NCBI GenBank assembly: GCA_000990445.1
Contig: LBTJ01000001.1
Span: 1-55,545, forward strand
DNA length: 55,545 nt
From: Candidatus Roizmanbacteria bacterium GW2011_GWA2_37_7
GTDB lineage: Bacteria > Patescibacteriota > Microgenomatia > UBA1406 > GWC2-37-13
Direction: 5' to 3'
Shown here: positions 38,709 through 48,966 of the stretch, piece by piece
How the letters are laid out: the number at the start of each line of letters is the position of its first letter
Numbering within the stretch: the first letter of the stretch is position 1
Program-made: the position numbers and the translations under genes
Notes under the pieces: model-generated
The model's input: the letters and a program-made list of their open reading frames with translations, nothing else
Databases searched by the model: none
What the model was told of the DNA's origin: nothing

Positions 38709-40163
38709 ATGTTACAATCATTGATTCGATCGTTGTTTCAAAAAGAGCGACAAGAAGAGATGCAAAAGGTTGAACACAAAGCAAAAGAACTTATACTTAA
38801 AGCAAATGAAGAGGCGCTCCATATTAAACAAGAGGCAGAACAAACCGGAAGAAAAACTATCCAAGAAAGAATTGAGCTTGAAAAAAGACTTGCGCGAAAA
38901 GAACAAAATATTGAAGAGCATGAGAAAGAAATTCAAAACAAAGAGCAAGTCCTTGTTGAGAAAATAAAACAAACAGAGAGCAAAAAAGAAGAGTATGAAA
39001 AAGAAAAGGATAAAATTATTGCAAAACTTGAAAAAATAGCTCAGATGACAAAAGACGAAGCGCGGAAACTTCTCCTTTCTGCATGGGAAGATAAATTAAA
39101 AGGAGAGGTTGCAAAACGAGTCCGCGATTCAGAAGAGCAGATACAAGCAAGCTCCATTGAGAAATCAAAAGAGATCCTTATGGAGGCTATGCGCTACGGA
39201 GCAACAGATTATGTTTCTGAGTATACCTTAGCTGTTATACAACTGCCAAATGACGACTATAAAGGAAGGATTATTGGGAAAGATGGGCGCAATATACGCG
39301 CATTTGAGCTTTCAACTGGCGTTGATGTTGATCTTGAGGAAGAGGGGATAATCCGCATATCATCTTTTGATGCAATACGCAGGGAGATTGCGAGAATTGC
39401 CCTAGAAAAACTTATTAAAGATGGGCGAATACAACCACAAAGAATTGAAGAGGTTGTTCATAAAGTTAAGGATGAAGTTGACCAAACAATTCTTAAAGCA
39501 GGAGAGGATCTTACACATAGAGTAGGAATTTTTAATTTACCAAACGAAATAATAAAACTTCTCGGACAATTTAAATTTCGTTATTCTTACGGCCAAAATA
39601 TGATTCTTCATACTCTTGAGGAAACCAAAATTGGCGTTGCACTTGCACACGAGCTAAAAGCAGATGTGAACATAGTGAAACTCGGCTGCCTGCTCCACGA
39701 TATAGGAAAAGTTGTAACAGATAAAGAAGGCTCACATGTAGAGCTTGGTGTTGAACTTCTAAACAAACACCGCTTCCCAAAAAAAGTAGTTGACACAGTA
39801 GCAGCTCATCATGAGGATATTCCATTCCCTTCAATTGAAGCAGTTATTGTCTATGTTGCCGATGCTGTATCAGGAGGAAGGCCAGGAGCACGACATGAAG
39901 ATTTTCAAGAGTATTTAAAACGGATTAATATCATCGAAGAAACTGCAAAAAAACAAAAAGGCGTTCGAGACGTCTACGCACTACAGGCGGGTCGCGAACT
40001 TCGTGTTGTCGTACGCCCAAATGAAGTGTCAGACGACGAAGCAACCATTATGGCAACCAAAATCAAAGAAGAACTGGAAACAAAATTTGATGTTTTCCCA
40101 GGGCAAATAAAAGTAACTGTTTTGCGAGAGTATAGAGCTGAGGCAGTTGCGAAATATAATTAG
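38709..40163 (+). CDS. rny: Ribonuclease Y
   Basis: Coiled coil, KH domain KGRIIGKDGRNIR, HD domain LLHDIGK, RPGAR, QAGRE. Confidence 0.97.
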   Translation: MLQSLIRSLFQKERQEEMQKVEHKAKELILKANEEALHIKQEAEQTGRKTIQERIELEKRLARKEQNIEEHEKEIQNKEQVLVEKIKQTESKKEEYEKEKDKIIAKLEKIAQMTKDEARKLLLSAWEDKLKGEVAKRVRDSEEQIQASSIEKSKEILMEAMRYGATDYVSEYTLAVIQLPNDDYKGRIIGKDGRNIRAFELSTGVDVDLEEEGIIRISSFDAIRREIARIALEKLIKDGRIQPQRIEEVVHKVKDEVDQTILKAGEDLTHRVGIFNLPNEIIKLLGQFKFRYSYGQNMILHTLEETKIGVALAHELKADVNIVKLGCLLHDIGKVVTDKEGSHVELGVELLNKHRFPKKVVDTVAAHHEDIPFPSIEAVIVYVADAVSGGRPGARHEDFQEYLKRINIIEETAKKQKGVRDVYALQAGRELRVVVRPNEVSDDEATIMATKIKEELETKFDVFPGQIKVTVLREYRAEAVAKYN

Positions 40164-40281
40164 TTTATTTTATTAATTATTTATCTGTTGTTTGTTCTTA
40201 TCTTGTCACAATAATATAAAAAAAAATTTAATAAAATGTTTTTTGATATAGATTGTAACAAAAAGATATTTTAAGTATGGA

Positions 40282-40310
40282 TTGACAAGAGGCCTCCGAG
40301 AATATACAGT
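40282..40310 (+). promoter_or_regulatory. Sigma70-type promoter of hup
   Basis: TTGACA-N17-TACAGT. Confidence 0.65.
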
Positions 40311-40393
40311 GTAAGGGTATATTAAGATATTTCTTGCTCCGACACTCTAACAAGAGTATTGGAGGAGTTTGATAAAGAAGGGGGGTGAAATAC

Positions 40394-40666
40394 ATGACAA
40401 AAGCAGATTTAATTGCACAGGTTGCAAAAAAATCAGGGCTGACTTCAAAAGCAGCAAAAGATGCAGTAAACGCAGTGTTTGACACTGTTGCGCAAGCAAT
40501 GGAGAGGGGCGAAAAGGTAGTGGTGACAGGCTTTGGTACATTTCTTGTACGAAATCGAGCAGCACGGAAAGGACGAAATCCTCAAACAGGGGCCGAAATC
40601 CAAATTCCTGCAACAAAAACACCAGGCTTTACCGCAGGTAAAAGTCTTAAAAGAAGAGTTAAATAA
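40394..40666 (+). CDS. hup: DNA-binding protein HU
   Basis: [21 protein letters not shown]. Confidence 0.97.
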   Translation: MTKADLIAQVAKKSGLTSKAAKDAVNAVFDTVAQAMERGEKVVVTGFGTFLVRNRAARKGRNPQTGAEIQIPATKTPGFTAGKSLKRRVK

Positions 40667-40682
40667 CTCTTTTATACAAGAT

Positions 40683-40747
40683 GCAGCCCCGCTCTGTTGA
40701 TATCGATCGTGTCAATCTATGCCAAGAGAGCGGGGTTGTATTTTTCT
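40683..40747 (+). terminator. Hairpin terminator after hup
   Basis: GCAGCCCCGCTCT...AGAGCGGGGTTGT followed by ATTTTTCT. Confidence 0.6.
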
Positions 40748-40755
40748 AACAATAT

Positions 40756-41298
40756 ATGAAACGAATTATTCTATCAGTCATTATTATATTATTGTCGGTA
40801 ACAGTCGTGCCAACATTGTATTCTGTGACTGAGCCACAGTCTGTTGACATTGAAAAAAAAGAGGTGCTATATCAACTTCCATATCCGGGTCTTCTTCCAG
40901 GACACCCGCTCTATATATTAAAAATACTTAGAGATAATATTTTGCTTTTCACAACCAGAGACAATCTAAAAAAATCAAAACTATACCTTCATCTTTCAGA
41001 CAAAAATATGGCAACTGCAATTGCTCTTATCAATGAAGGGAAAGAACAGACAGCAATAAAACAACTAGAACTCGCGGAGCAGCGCTTTTTACTCATCCCA
41101 CCAACACTACAAGAGCTAAAAAAACAAGGAGGAGAATATCCAAGTGATTTTATTATTGATTTACATCAAAGCAACCAAAAACACAGAGAAGTAATTACAG
41201 AGGTAATCAGCAAAGTTACTGAATCTGACATTGATGTACTCAATGAGCTTTTGAAACAAAACAAACAAGCAGAGGGATTATTGCAAAAAATTCAGTAA
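40756..41298 (+). CDS. DUF5667-like secreted protein
   Basis: YQLPYPGLLPGHPLYILK. Confidence 0.7.
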   Translation: MKRIILSVIIILLSVTVVPTLYSVTEPQSVDIEKKEVLYQLPYPGLLPGHPLYILKILRDNILLFTTRDNLKKSKLYLHLSDKNMATAIALINEGKEQTAIKQLELAEQRFLLIPPTLQELKKQGGEYPSDFIIDLHQSNQKHREVITEVISKVTESDIDVLNELLKQNKQAEGLLQKIQ

Positions 41299-41392
41299 CT
41301 TATTGTATAAAAAAACTATAGCAAGCAGCTTGTTTTTTATATGAAATATGGTATAGTAATAACCTATTTAAGATAGTAAAGGAGCAGAGTTT

Positions 41393-42475
41393 ATGCCAAA
41401 AATAAAACCGCAAAAAGATCATACGCCGCCAAATCCAATGAAAGCACTTCTTCAGTCCAGCAATATATCAAATATTCGGAAAAATACTGAAATAGATGCG
41501 AAAATACTTGCATTATCAAAAAAAAACGTACTTTTTGATGTTGGCGCAAAAGCAGAAGCAGTCCTTGGTGAAAAAGAACTGAAAGAGATTACTACATATC
41601 TTCCCTATCTTGGTGAAGGCGACATTGTAAAAGTTCGCATTATTTCAGCAGAGTCACGCGAAGGATATCCTGTGGTTTCGATGCGGTCATTTTTTGAAAA
41701 AGGGAAATGGGACATTCTTCAGGAGAAAAAGAAAAATGAAGAAGATATTGAGGTTGTATGCGGGGAGTACGGGAAAGGAGGAGTGTTTGTTGATTTTATG
41801 GGAATCCGAGGGGTTATTCCAAAAATACAACTAACCACTGATTTTCTTGAAGACCCATCGCGCCTTGCAGGGCAGCGTATTAAAGTAAAGGTTCTTGAAG
41901 TTGATGAAGTAAAAAATCGTCTTGTTGTATCACAAAAAGCAGCTGTTTTGCAAATTTCTCAAAAAGAAATGAAGAAGCGCTTTGCAAAAATCAAACTGAA
42001 CGAAGTATACGACGCCAAGGTGCTTGGTGTTTCAGAGTTTGGTATTTTTTGTGAAGTCCAGGGTGTTGAAGGTTTGGTTCATATTTCAGAGATATCGTGG
42101 GAAAAAGTGACCAACGCATCAATATATGTTAAACAAGGAGAAATAATTAAGACGATGGTTGTTGAAAAAAATGACGAAGATTTAAAACTGAATCTATCAA
42201 TAAAAAGGCTGGCAAATGATCCGTGGGAAGACATAATCAACAAATATCCTAAAGAAAAAGAACTAGAAGGAGAGGTGGTGAGGAGAGAGAGATATGGGTA
42301 TTTTGTACGACTAGAGCCTGGGGTAGAGGGGCTTATCCATGTGAGCAAACTAACAGGTTCAGAAGAGTTTGAGCTTGGGAGAAAAATCAAAGTATTTGTT
42401 GAGCGGGTAAGTAAAAACGATCGACGAATGAGCTTAATTCTTCCTCAAACCGACAAGCCCGTGCTTTACCGATAG
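41393..42475 (+). CDS. rpsA: 30S ribosomal protein S1 (four S1 domains)
   Basis: EGLVHISEISW, EGLIHVSKL repeats. Confidence 0.9.
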   Translation: MPKIKPQKDHTPPNPMKALLQSSNISNIRKNTEIDAKILALSKKNVLFDVGAKAEAVLGEKELKEITTYLPYLGEGDIVKVRIISAESREGYPVVSMRSFFEKGKWDILQEKKKNEEDIEVVCGEYGKGGVFVDFMGIRGVIPKIQLTTDFLEDPSRLAGQRIKVKVLEVDEVKNRLVVSQKAAVLQISQKEMKKRFAKIKLNEVYDAKVLGVSEFGIFCEVQGVEGLVHISEISWEKVTNASIYVKQGEIIKTMVVEKNDEDLKLNLSIKRLANDPWEDIINKYPKEKELEGEVVRRERYGYFVRLEPGVEGLIHVSKLTGSEEFELGRKIKVFVERVSKNDRRMSLILPQTDKPVLYR

Positions 42476-42483
42476 CTCTAGCC

Positions 42484-42813
42484 CTATATTTGGTTTTTCA
42501 CTTCAGAGATATCTCTTCTAAGATCTTCAAGCGCAGATGACGACGCTTGTTTAATTTTGTCCTCTAGGTTTTCTACTATTGAATGTAAATGTTCCAATAT
42601 TGTTTTATGATCATCATTCGAGAGATTGTGTAAAAATATTTTTTTTTCATCTTCATTCAATTCTGTAAGCACAACATCAATTACAACATGATGAACAGTT
42701 ATGTGGATGAGCTCAACCAACTCGTCTCGTTCATGTGATTCAAGCTCAAGCTCGTCAAGTTCAACGGAAAGAGTGCCTACCGCAACAAGATGGCTATAAA
42801 ATTGTTTGTTCAT
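42484..42813 (-). CDS. Hypothetical acidic helical protein
   Basis: 109-aa open frame. Confidence 0.65.
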   Translation of the reverse strand: MNKQFYSHLVAVGTLSVELDELELESHERDELVELIHITVHHVVIDVVLTELNEDEKKIFLHNLSNDDHKTILEHLHSIVENLEDKIKQASSSALEDLRRDISEVKNQI

Positions 42814-42815
42814 GT

Positions 42816-43697
42816 TTATTCGGTGTAAATAGGCCCGAGTGGAATAGTGTCGTGTGGATCGTCAATAAAATAGTATAACACCGGGCCTTTTGATCCACCG
42901 TCCTGTCGTTCTAAATATGTCATTACTTCTGGCGACCCCCCAAGATGTTTCCCAGTATTTTGTGCAGGTCCGGCATCACCTATTACGACAATTACTGCAT
43001 TTCCATTTTCAGGATTTACCACAAGCATTTTACGGAATTTAAAAAAATGATACAAGTTGTTTGAGTTTTTGTTCCACCCTGGTGATAAGAATGTTTGAAC
43101 AGCAATATAATATTTTTCACGCAGGATGTCTTGCTGAGTTAATTCTGAGCGGGAGTTTGCGAAATATCCCCACGCGCCACGCCCAGGAGCCATACCAGAT
43201 GACCAGTATTTTTTTTCTTCATCATTTTCAAAATGCGTATACATACTATCTCCAGGATATCGAACAAGATGTTGTTCTGCGCCAATAATCCCATAGTTTT
43301 GGTTTAGTTTTTTTCCTTCAATCGTTGTTGATGCAGGGACATGAAAAAAAGTGGTGAGGATATGGCCTATTTGTTTTTCTTGATCGTCTGAAAGAGATTG
43401 GACTATGCCGGGAAGGGCAGAAGTAAGCTGGCGGATTAATTCATCTTTTGTATGCGCAGGGCGTTCCTCGGCCGGCGTTGTGGGAGGAAGAAGACTTTGT
43501 GTTATTGTTGTTGCGTTTGCCGGATGTGTGAGCATAAGCAGACCGGTTGCAGACCCAACCACTAGTTGTTTGGTGTTGTCCCGCATCCACTGCAAGGATT
43601 GTTTGTGTTTTTTCCAAAGATCTTTTCGTATTTTTTGATGGCGCTTTATCCATATATTCTTAAGACGTTGGAAATGTGGCTTTTGGCCGGTGGTCAT
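42816..43697 (-). CDS. Membrane-anchored protein with probable double-psi beta-barrel (RlpA-like) domain
   Basis: KMLVVNPENGNAVIVVIGDAGP resembles the DPBB 'VxNxxNGxxVxVxVxDxGP'. Confidence 0.55.
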   Translation of the reverse strand: MTTGQKPHFQRLKNIWIKRHQKIRKDLWKKHKQSLQWMRDNTKQLVVGSATGLLMLTHPANATTITQSLLPPTTPAEERPAHTKDELIRQLTSALPGIVQSLSDDQEKQIGHILTTFFHVPASTTIEGKKLNQNYGIIGAEQHLVRYPGDSMYTHFENDEEKKYWSSGMAPGRGAWGYFANSRSELTQQDILREKYYIAVQTFLSPGWNKNSNNLYHFFKFRKMLVVNPENGNAVIVVIGDAGPAQNTGKHLGGSPEVMTYLERQDGGSKGPVLYYFIDDPHDTIPLGPIYTE

Positions 43698-43740
43698 AGA
43701 AAAGTTTGGAATAATAATAAATACCAAAACCTGTTTTACA

Positions 43741-44184
43741 TTATTGGGTACTGTTTTTTGTTGAGTTTACAACATTTGAAATTCGATTTTGATCAACAGA
43801 TATCTTGAGCGGTCTCACCATTTGTACACCAAGAGACGCAAGCTTGTATCCAAAACCCAACATAAACTGCATGATAAAATAATAAACTGTGAGATTAAGC
43901 ATCTGATATAAGACTGTTGGATCAATTAAATTCGGTAAACTTACCCCACCCCCAGAGCTCAGAAGCGAAAGCGGGTCTTCCTGGATCTGCTTGAGCAGCT
44001 CATCAGGGTTTGACGAATCAATGTTTTTTGAGGTATTTTGATTATTGTTTTGGGCGGTTGTATTCAATATTTTGATGGGTTGCGCTTTTCCCGTAAATAC
44101 AAGAATTATTTGAAACGCAGCGACCAACATAAGAAAAATTCCAACACCAAGAAGTACGTATCCAATAATTTTTTCAGAGGGCAT
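43741..44184 (-). CDS. Two-TM hypothetical membrane protein
   Basis: Hydrophobic segments at both ends. Confidence 0.65.
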   Translation of the reverse strand: MPSEKIIGYVLLGVGIFLMLVAAFQIILVFTGKAQPIKILNTTAQNNNQNTSKNIDSSNPDELLKQIQEDPLSLLSSGGGVSLPNLIDPTVLYQMLNLTVYYFIMQFMLGFGYKLASLGVQMVRPLKISVDQNRISNVVNSTKNSTQ

Positions 44185-44228
44185 AACTCATTGTAATATA
44201 ATTGCAAATAAATTATCATGAGCACACT

Positions 44229-44783
44229 ATGATTGAATCGTTTATAGCTTTAACATCAGGGATACTATTGTTGGGTATTTTTTGGTTAACATCTGATCCG
44301 CGTTCAAAGTCTGAAAGATTCCAATATTTTTTTAAATCAGAAAAAATATATCTTTTTACTACCTACCTATTTGTTCTTGCAACTCAGTTTGGCTTTCTGC
44401 AAAAGGGTTGGTTTATGATTATTCCCACACAAAATATTCAGTTTGCAGGATTTATTTTATATTTTTTTGGGTTTCTATTTGCTATCTGGGCAAAACTTAT
44501 CATGGGCTCAAATTGGGGTACTCCTGCACAACATACCATTTCAAGACAAAGCATACTGGTAACAAGCGGCCCCTTTTCATTTTCGCGTAACCCGATATAT
44601 TTAGGACTTCTTATTGGTATGACTGGATATTTTCTTACATTTGGTAGTTTACTCATTCTCCTTATCGCTGTTCGGTTCGCATACCTTCAATATATCGTAA
44701 TACCAAAAGAAGAAAAGCTACTTTTGACATACTTTGGAAAAAAGTATAAAAAATATATGAGCACGGTTCGACGGTGGATATAA
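44229..44783 (+). CDS. Isoprenylcysteine carboxyl methyltransferase family (STE14/PEMT) protein
   Basis: LVTSGPFSFSRNPIYLG, EEKLL...FGKKYKKY...RRWI. Confidence 0.9.
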   Translation: MIESFIALTSGILLLGIFWLTSDPRSKSERFQYFFKSEKIYLFTTYLFVLATQFGFLQKGWFMIIPTQNIQFAGFILYFFGFLFAIWAKLIMGSNWGTPAQHTISRQSILVTSGPFSFSRNPIYLGLLIGMTGYFLTFGSLLILLIAVRFAYLQYIVIPKEEKLLLTYFGKKYKKYMSTVRRWI

Positions 44784-44798
44784 TAACTCATAATATAT

Positions 44799-44819
44799 AT
44801 ATCCACAACGTGTGGATAA
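44799..44819. promoter_or_regulatory. Inverted DnaA box pair followed by an AT-rich tract
   Basis: ATATCCACA-ACG-TGTGGATAA. Confidence 0.55.
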
Positions 44820-44916
44820 CGAGATAAATCAATTATAATTATTGTCATAAAAACTATTATAAAAATAAATATATATATAAGATGGTTGATAAATTGATAA
44901 TAAAAAAATATACTAT

Positions 44917-46209
44917 ATGCAACGGCACATTGTAGACCTTCATATTCACTCACACTATTCCCGCGCAACAAGCAAACATTCAAATATTGAAGGTCTGTAT
45001 TATTGGTCAAAGATAAAGGGGATACATATTGTGGGAACCGGAGACTTTACTCATCCTTCTTGGTTTGCAGAAATGAGAGAGAAGCTTGAAGCTACAGAAA
45101 GTGGGCTGTATAAACTAAAAGATGAGATTGCACAAAAGATAGATAAAACATTGCCACAATCAGTACGTGAAAATCCAGTACGATTTGTTCTTACTGTTGA
45201 GATCAGTAATATTTACTCAAAAAAAGGCAAGGTTCGTAAACTTCATAATTGTATTGTGGTTCCTTCATTTGAGGTGGCATCATATATCAATGCACAGCTT
45301 GACAGAATCGGGAATATAAAAGCTGATGGCCGTCCAATTTTAGGGATGGACAGCAAACATTTGCTTGAAATCACCCTTCAATCACACAATGATAGTTTGT
45401 TTTTTCCAGCACATATTTGGACGCCATGGTTTGCGATGTTTGGATCAAAATCTGGTTTTGACTCGATTGCCGAGGCGTTTGAAGATATGGCGCCAGAGAT
45501 TCGCGCAGTTGAAACCGGACTTTCATCCGACCCATTTATGAACTGGCGCCTTGACGAGCTTCAAAACGTAACCATAGTTTCAAATTCTGATGCGCATTCT
45601 CCCCAAAAGCTTGGGCGCGAGGCAAATATTATCAGTTCACCCTTAAACTATAAAGATATTATTGGAGCAATAAAAACAAATGATGAACGGATGGTAGGTA
45701 CCATTGAATTTTTTCCCCAAGAAGGAAAATATCATTATGACGGACATAGATTGTGTGGGTTTAGCTGCGCTTCAGAAGAAACAAAGAAGCTCAACGGGAT
45801 ATGTCCAAAATGCCACAAACCACTCACGGTGGGAGTCGAGTATCGAGTAGGGGAAATTGCCGATCATCCTGAAAATTATAAACCCACAAAACACAAACAA
45901 GTCGAGTACGTAATCCCTCTCCCTGAAATGATTTCCGAGATGATGAAAGTGGGGGTACAATCAAAAAAAGTCCAAACAGAGTATGAAAAGGTTTACACAG
46001 CTCTTGGCGATGAGTTTAGTATTTTGCGGTCTCTGTCCCTTGGAAAAATCCGAACTGCGGGGTTTGTCGAACTTGCAGATGTTATTGAGCGCATGAGAAA
46101 AGGCGATATATATATAGAGCCAGGATATGACGGGGTGTTTGGGAAAATCAAACTTTTCAAGAGCGACATTGAGCGGAAAAAACTTGGAAACCAGATGAGT
46201 TTGTTGTGA
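44917..46209 (+). CDS. Endonuclease Q family PHP-domain protein with Zn finger (YqxK-like)
   Basis: DLHIHSHYS, GTGDFTHP, PAHIWTPW, ETGLSSDP, SNSDAHS, GKYHYDGHR, CPKC, PGYDGVFG. Confidence 0.9.
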   Translation: MQRHIVDLHIHSHYSRATSKHSNIEGLYYWSKIKGIHIVGTGDFTHPSWFAEMREKLEATESGLYKLKDEIAQKIDKTLPQSVRENPVRFVLTVEISNIYSKKGKVRKLHNCIVVPSFEVASYINAQLDRIGNIKADGRPILGMDSKHLLEITLQSHNDSLFFPAHIWTPWFAMFGSKSGFDSIAEAFEDMAPEIRAVETGLSSDPFMNWRLDELQNVTIVSNSDAHSPQKLGREANIISSPLNYKDIIGAIKTNDERMVGTIEFFPQEGKYHYDGHRLCGFSCASEETKKLNGICPKCHKPLTVGVEYRVGEIADHPENYKPTKHKQVEYVIPLPEMISEMMKVGVQSKKVQTEYEKVYTALGDEFSILRSLSLGKIRTAGFVELADVIERMRKGDIYIEPGYDGVFGKIKLFKSDIERKKLGNQMSLL

Positions 46210-46226
46210 TACTCTATAATATTGTA

Positions 46227-46255
46227 TTGACTCGCGGTAATACGTTGTATATACT
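46227..46255 (+). promoter_or_regulatory. Promoter of the RelB/RelE-type pair
   Basis: TTGACT-N17-TATACT, 8 nt before the ATG. Confidence 0.7.
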
Positions 46256-46263
46256 TATATTAT

Positions 46264-46557
46264 ATGAGCACATCAGTCATCACCGTCAAGGTTGATAGTA
46301 AAACAAAAAGCAAGTTTCAGGACATCGCCCAACAGCTTGGGATGCCGATAAGCTCTCTCATTCGTGGCTTTATTCGCCACCTTATTCAAACGAGGAGGGT
46401 AGAATACTCGCTCAATGAGAAGCCCACGCAATATCTCATAGATGCCCTTCGAAAGTCTGAGGAGGATATCAAAAAAGGAAACATGATTTCCTTTAATAAT
46501 CCAAAGGAAGAGCTTTCATATTTACAAACTCTTATTAAAGAAAATGAGAGAAAGTAA
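46264..46557 (+). CDS. RelB/DinJ family antitoxin
   Basis: ITVKVDSKTK...AQQLGMPISSLIRGF. Confidence 0.85.
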   Translation: MSTSVITVKVDSKTKSKFQDIAQQLGMPISSLIRGFIRHLIQTRRVEYSLNEKPTQYLIDALRKSEEDIKKGNMISFNNPKEELSYLQTLIKENERK

Positions 46558-46813
46558 GAGCGTCGAATATTCAAATCAATTTACGAAACAATTAAAAAAG
46601 GCTTCAATCAAAATCAAAAAGGCATTCTTACGACGCCGTCAATTATTTATTCAAAATCCACAGCACCCTCTGCTCAAAAACCATTCGCTTGTAGGAGAAC
46701 TAGCGGGATTATCAAGTTTTAATGTAACTGGAGATTGGAGAGCTGTATTTAAAGAAGAAATAAACAAAATTACTTTTGTAGCACTTGGCACGCACAGTCA
46801 ACTATATAGATAA
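46544..46813 (+). CDS. RelE/YafQ family mRNA interferase toxin
   Basis: YSNQFTKQLKK, LKNHSLVG, VTGDWRAVF, LGTHSQLY. Confidence 0.9.
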   Translation: MRESKSVEYSNQFTKQLKKASIKIKKAFLRRRQLFIQNPQHPLLKNHSLVGELAGLSSFNVTGDWRAVFKEEINKITFVALGTHSQLYR

Positions 46814-46851
46814 ATTTTCTTCAGAATTTGAGGATAAAGTAGAATAGGCAC

Positions 46852-48314
46852 ATGGATATTTACTTTCCATTAAACACAAAGCAGCGGGAAGCAGTCAAAG
46901 CCGATGGTTCAATCATCATCAATGCCGGACCCGGCACTGGGAAAACCAAAATAGGCTAAAAAGAGATAATATACGACCGCTTCCATATATCGCAACATTT
47001 CATGCACTTGCATATGGAATATTGCAGGATGTATATGTGAAGATTGACGTTGTTGAAAAGCAAGAAAACAAAAAGGCAAATGTGCATAATCAGTTTACAT
47101 ATGACGAACTTATTCAAAAAACAAGAGAGCTATTAAATGCAAAAGAACCCAAGATAAACAAATGGCGTTCACGCTTTTCACATATTCTTATTGATGAATT
47201 TCAAGACACAAATGTCATGCAGTTTGAAATAGTTAAAAATCTATTACACACAGAAAATCTCTACGTCATAGGCGACCCATACCAGTCAATTTATGGCTTT
47301 CGTGGGGCAGATCCATCAATTTTTCAAATAATATGTGTCGATTTTCAAAACGTTTCAGAAATTACTCTAACTCAAAATTACCGATCAGGGCAAAACATTA
47401 TTGATGTAAGTCACAATCTATTTCCCTCATCCAAACGTTTACTATCAATGATAGATTCTCAAGGCGCAGTCCAATATATTATCACTCAAAATGAAAAAAC
47501 CGAAAGCAGATGGATATTAAAGGATATTCAAAATCATATAGGAGGAGCGGATTTACTGCAGGCAAGCGACAATAGAAGCAACGATCAAAACTATCGTTTT
47601 TCTGATTTTGCCGTTATTTTTCGTACTCATCATATTGGGCGTATTTTGGAAGGATATTTTTGTAAAGAGAGTATTCCATACCAGATGATTGGTGGTGATT
47701 CATTGTTTGAGCGGCCGCATATTTATGCCATTACGAGTGCAATGAAAACATTATTGAAAGAGGGCGATACAAAAGCAAAAGTTTCAAATATTATACGCAT
47801 GATTGTTGAAAATAAAACTATTGAAACAATGATAAAACATTCAGAACAAAAACAGACCGACGTTCAGCACTTTGTAAGCATGATGTGTCAGTTTGATCGA
47901 TACGAAGATGGATTATTTCAAGCCATTCAGCACATTACCTATTTGGAAGAGCACGAATATTATGATTATCAGGCAGATAAAGTCACCCTGCTGACCATGC
48001 ATGCAGCAAAGGGTTTGGAGTTTGCGCATGTATATATCGCAGGGTTTGAAGAAGGGATGATCCCTCTCATAAGAGGAGATATTGATAGTGAGGAGGAAAA
48101 GCGATTGCTCTATGTTGCCATGACACGTGCAAAAAAAACATTGTCGCTCATCAGGCCAAAATATCGTTTTGGGAAAAATACACAGGAAACACGATTTTGT
48201 CGCATGCTTGCAAAAAATCCTGCATTTCAGAAAAAAATCGATAAAGAAATTGTAGCAGGCGAAAAGAGACGAAAAAAATGGTTCGATAAAAAAAGTCAGA
48301 TGAAGATGTTTTGA
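46852..48314 (+). pseudogene. UvrD/PcrA-like helicase, frameshifted near 46950
   Basis: AGPGTGKT in the frame starting 46852; TFHALA, IDEFQDT, GDPYQSIYGFRGA, QNYRS, TMHAAKGLEF and RLLYVAMTRA in the next frame. The TFTxKAA motif is missing. Confidence 0.85.
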
Positions 48315-48659
48315 AAATGAGATACACACAAAGTACGCTATTTGATATAATATTCTCTCCGGAATTATTTTTGTCGCGTGAAATTTTTACAAGCGCTTGT
48401 TTGAGGTTTTTAGCATTTGGGAGTATTTGAAGAAGTTTTTGCGTCTCTAGAATCTGAAGGGCTATAGCAGCATAGAACTGACGCGCATATTTGTATGAAG
48501 ATACTGATTTGAGATATGGTTTGAGTACGCTATCTTCCATTAGATGTTATAAGAAATAAAAAGTTATATAGTAATCGACTTATTATATCCACACAGCAGG
48601 ATATAATAAGTTATTGAATAAAGATTATAGGATATAATGCGAAATTATGTTAGGTGCTT

Positions 48660-48944
48660 TTACAGTTCGCTCACCTGTATAGCATCAAGGAAATACCAAA
48701 TGAGATACAAGAGGCCAATGGCGATTGTAAGAAGAACTACTCCTATCACTACCCAGATCAAAAAGCGCTGTGTTGTGGTTTTGGTCATTTGAAGATGCTC
48801 ATCATACTCAATAGCAGCAAATATAGTTGCGTGATATAGGTCAGAAAAAAATCGCTTCAACCAATCAATAACTGTCCACATATATGTAGTATAACGAATC
48901 AATGTTGAAAGAAGCGCTGTAAGAATTGGAACAAAACTGCACAT
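48660..48944 (-). CDS. Small membrane protein (start uncertain)
   Basis: Hydrophobic C-terminal helix. Confidence 0.4.
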   Translation of the reverse strand: MCSFVPILTALLSTLIRYTTYMWTVIDWLKRFFSDLYHATIFAAIEYDEHLQMTKTTTQRFLIWVVIGVVLLTIAIGLLYLIWYFLDAIQVSEL

Positions 48945-48966
48945 GCAATTTATACCTATCGAAGTT

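Noticed and set aside
48151..48540. 129-aa minus-strand ORF
   Set aside because: It overlaps the helicase 3' end by about 160 bp and has no recognisable motif; it may be a fragment but cannot be supported.
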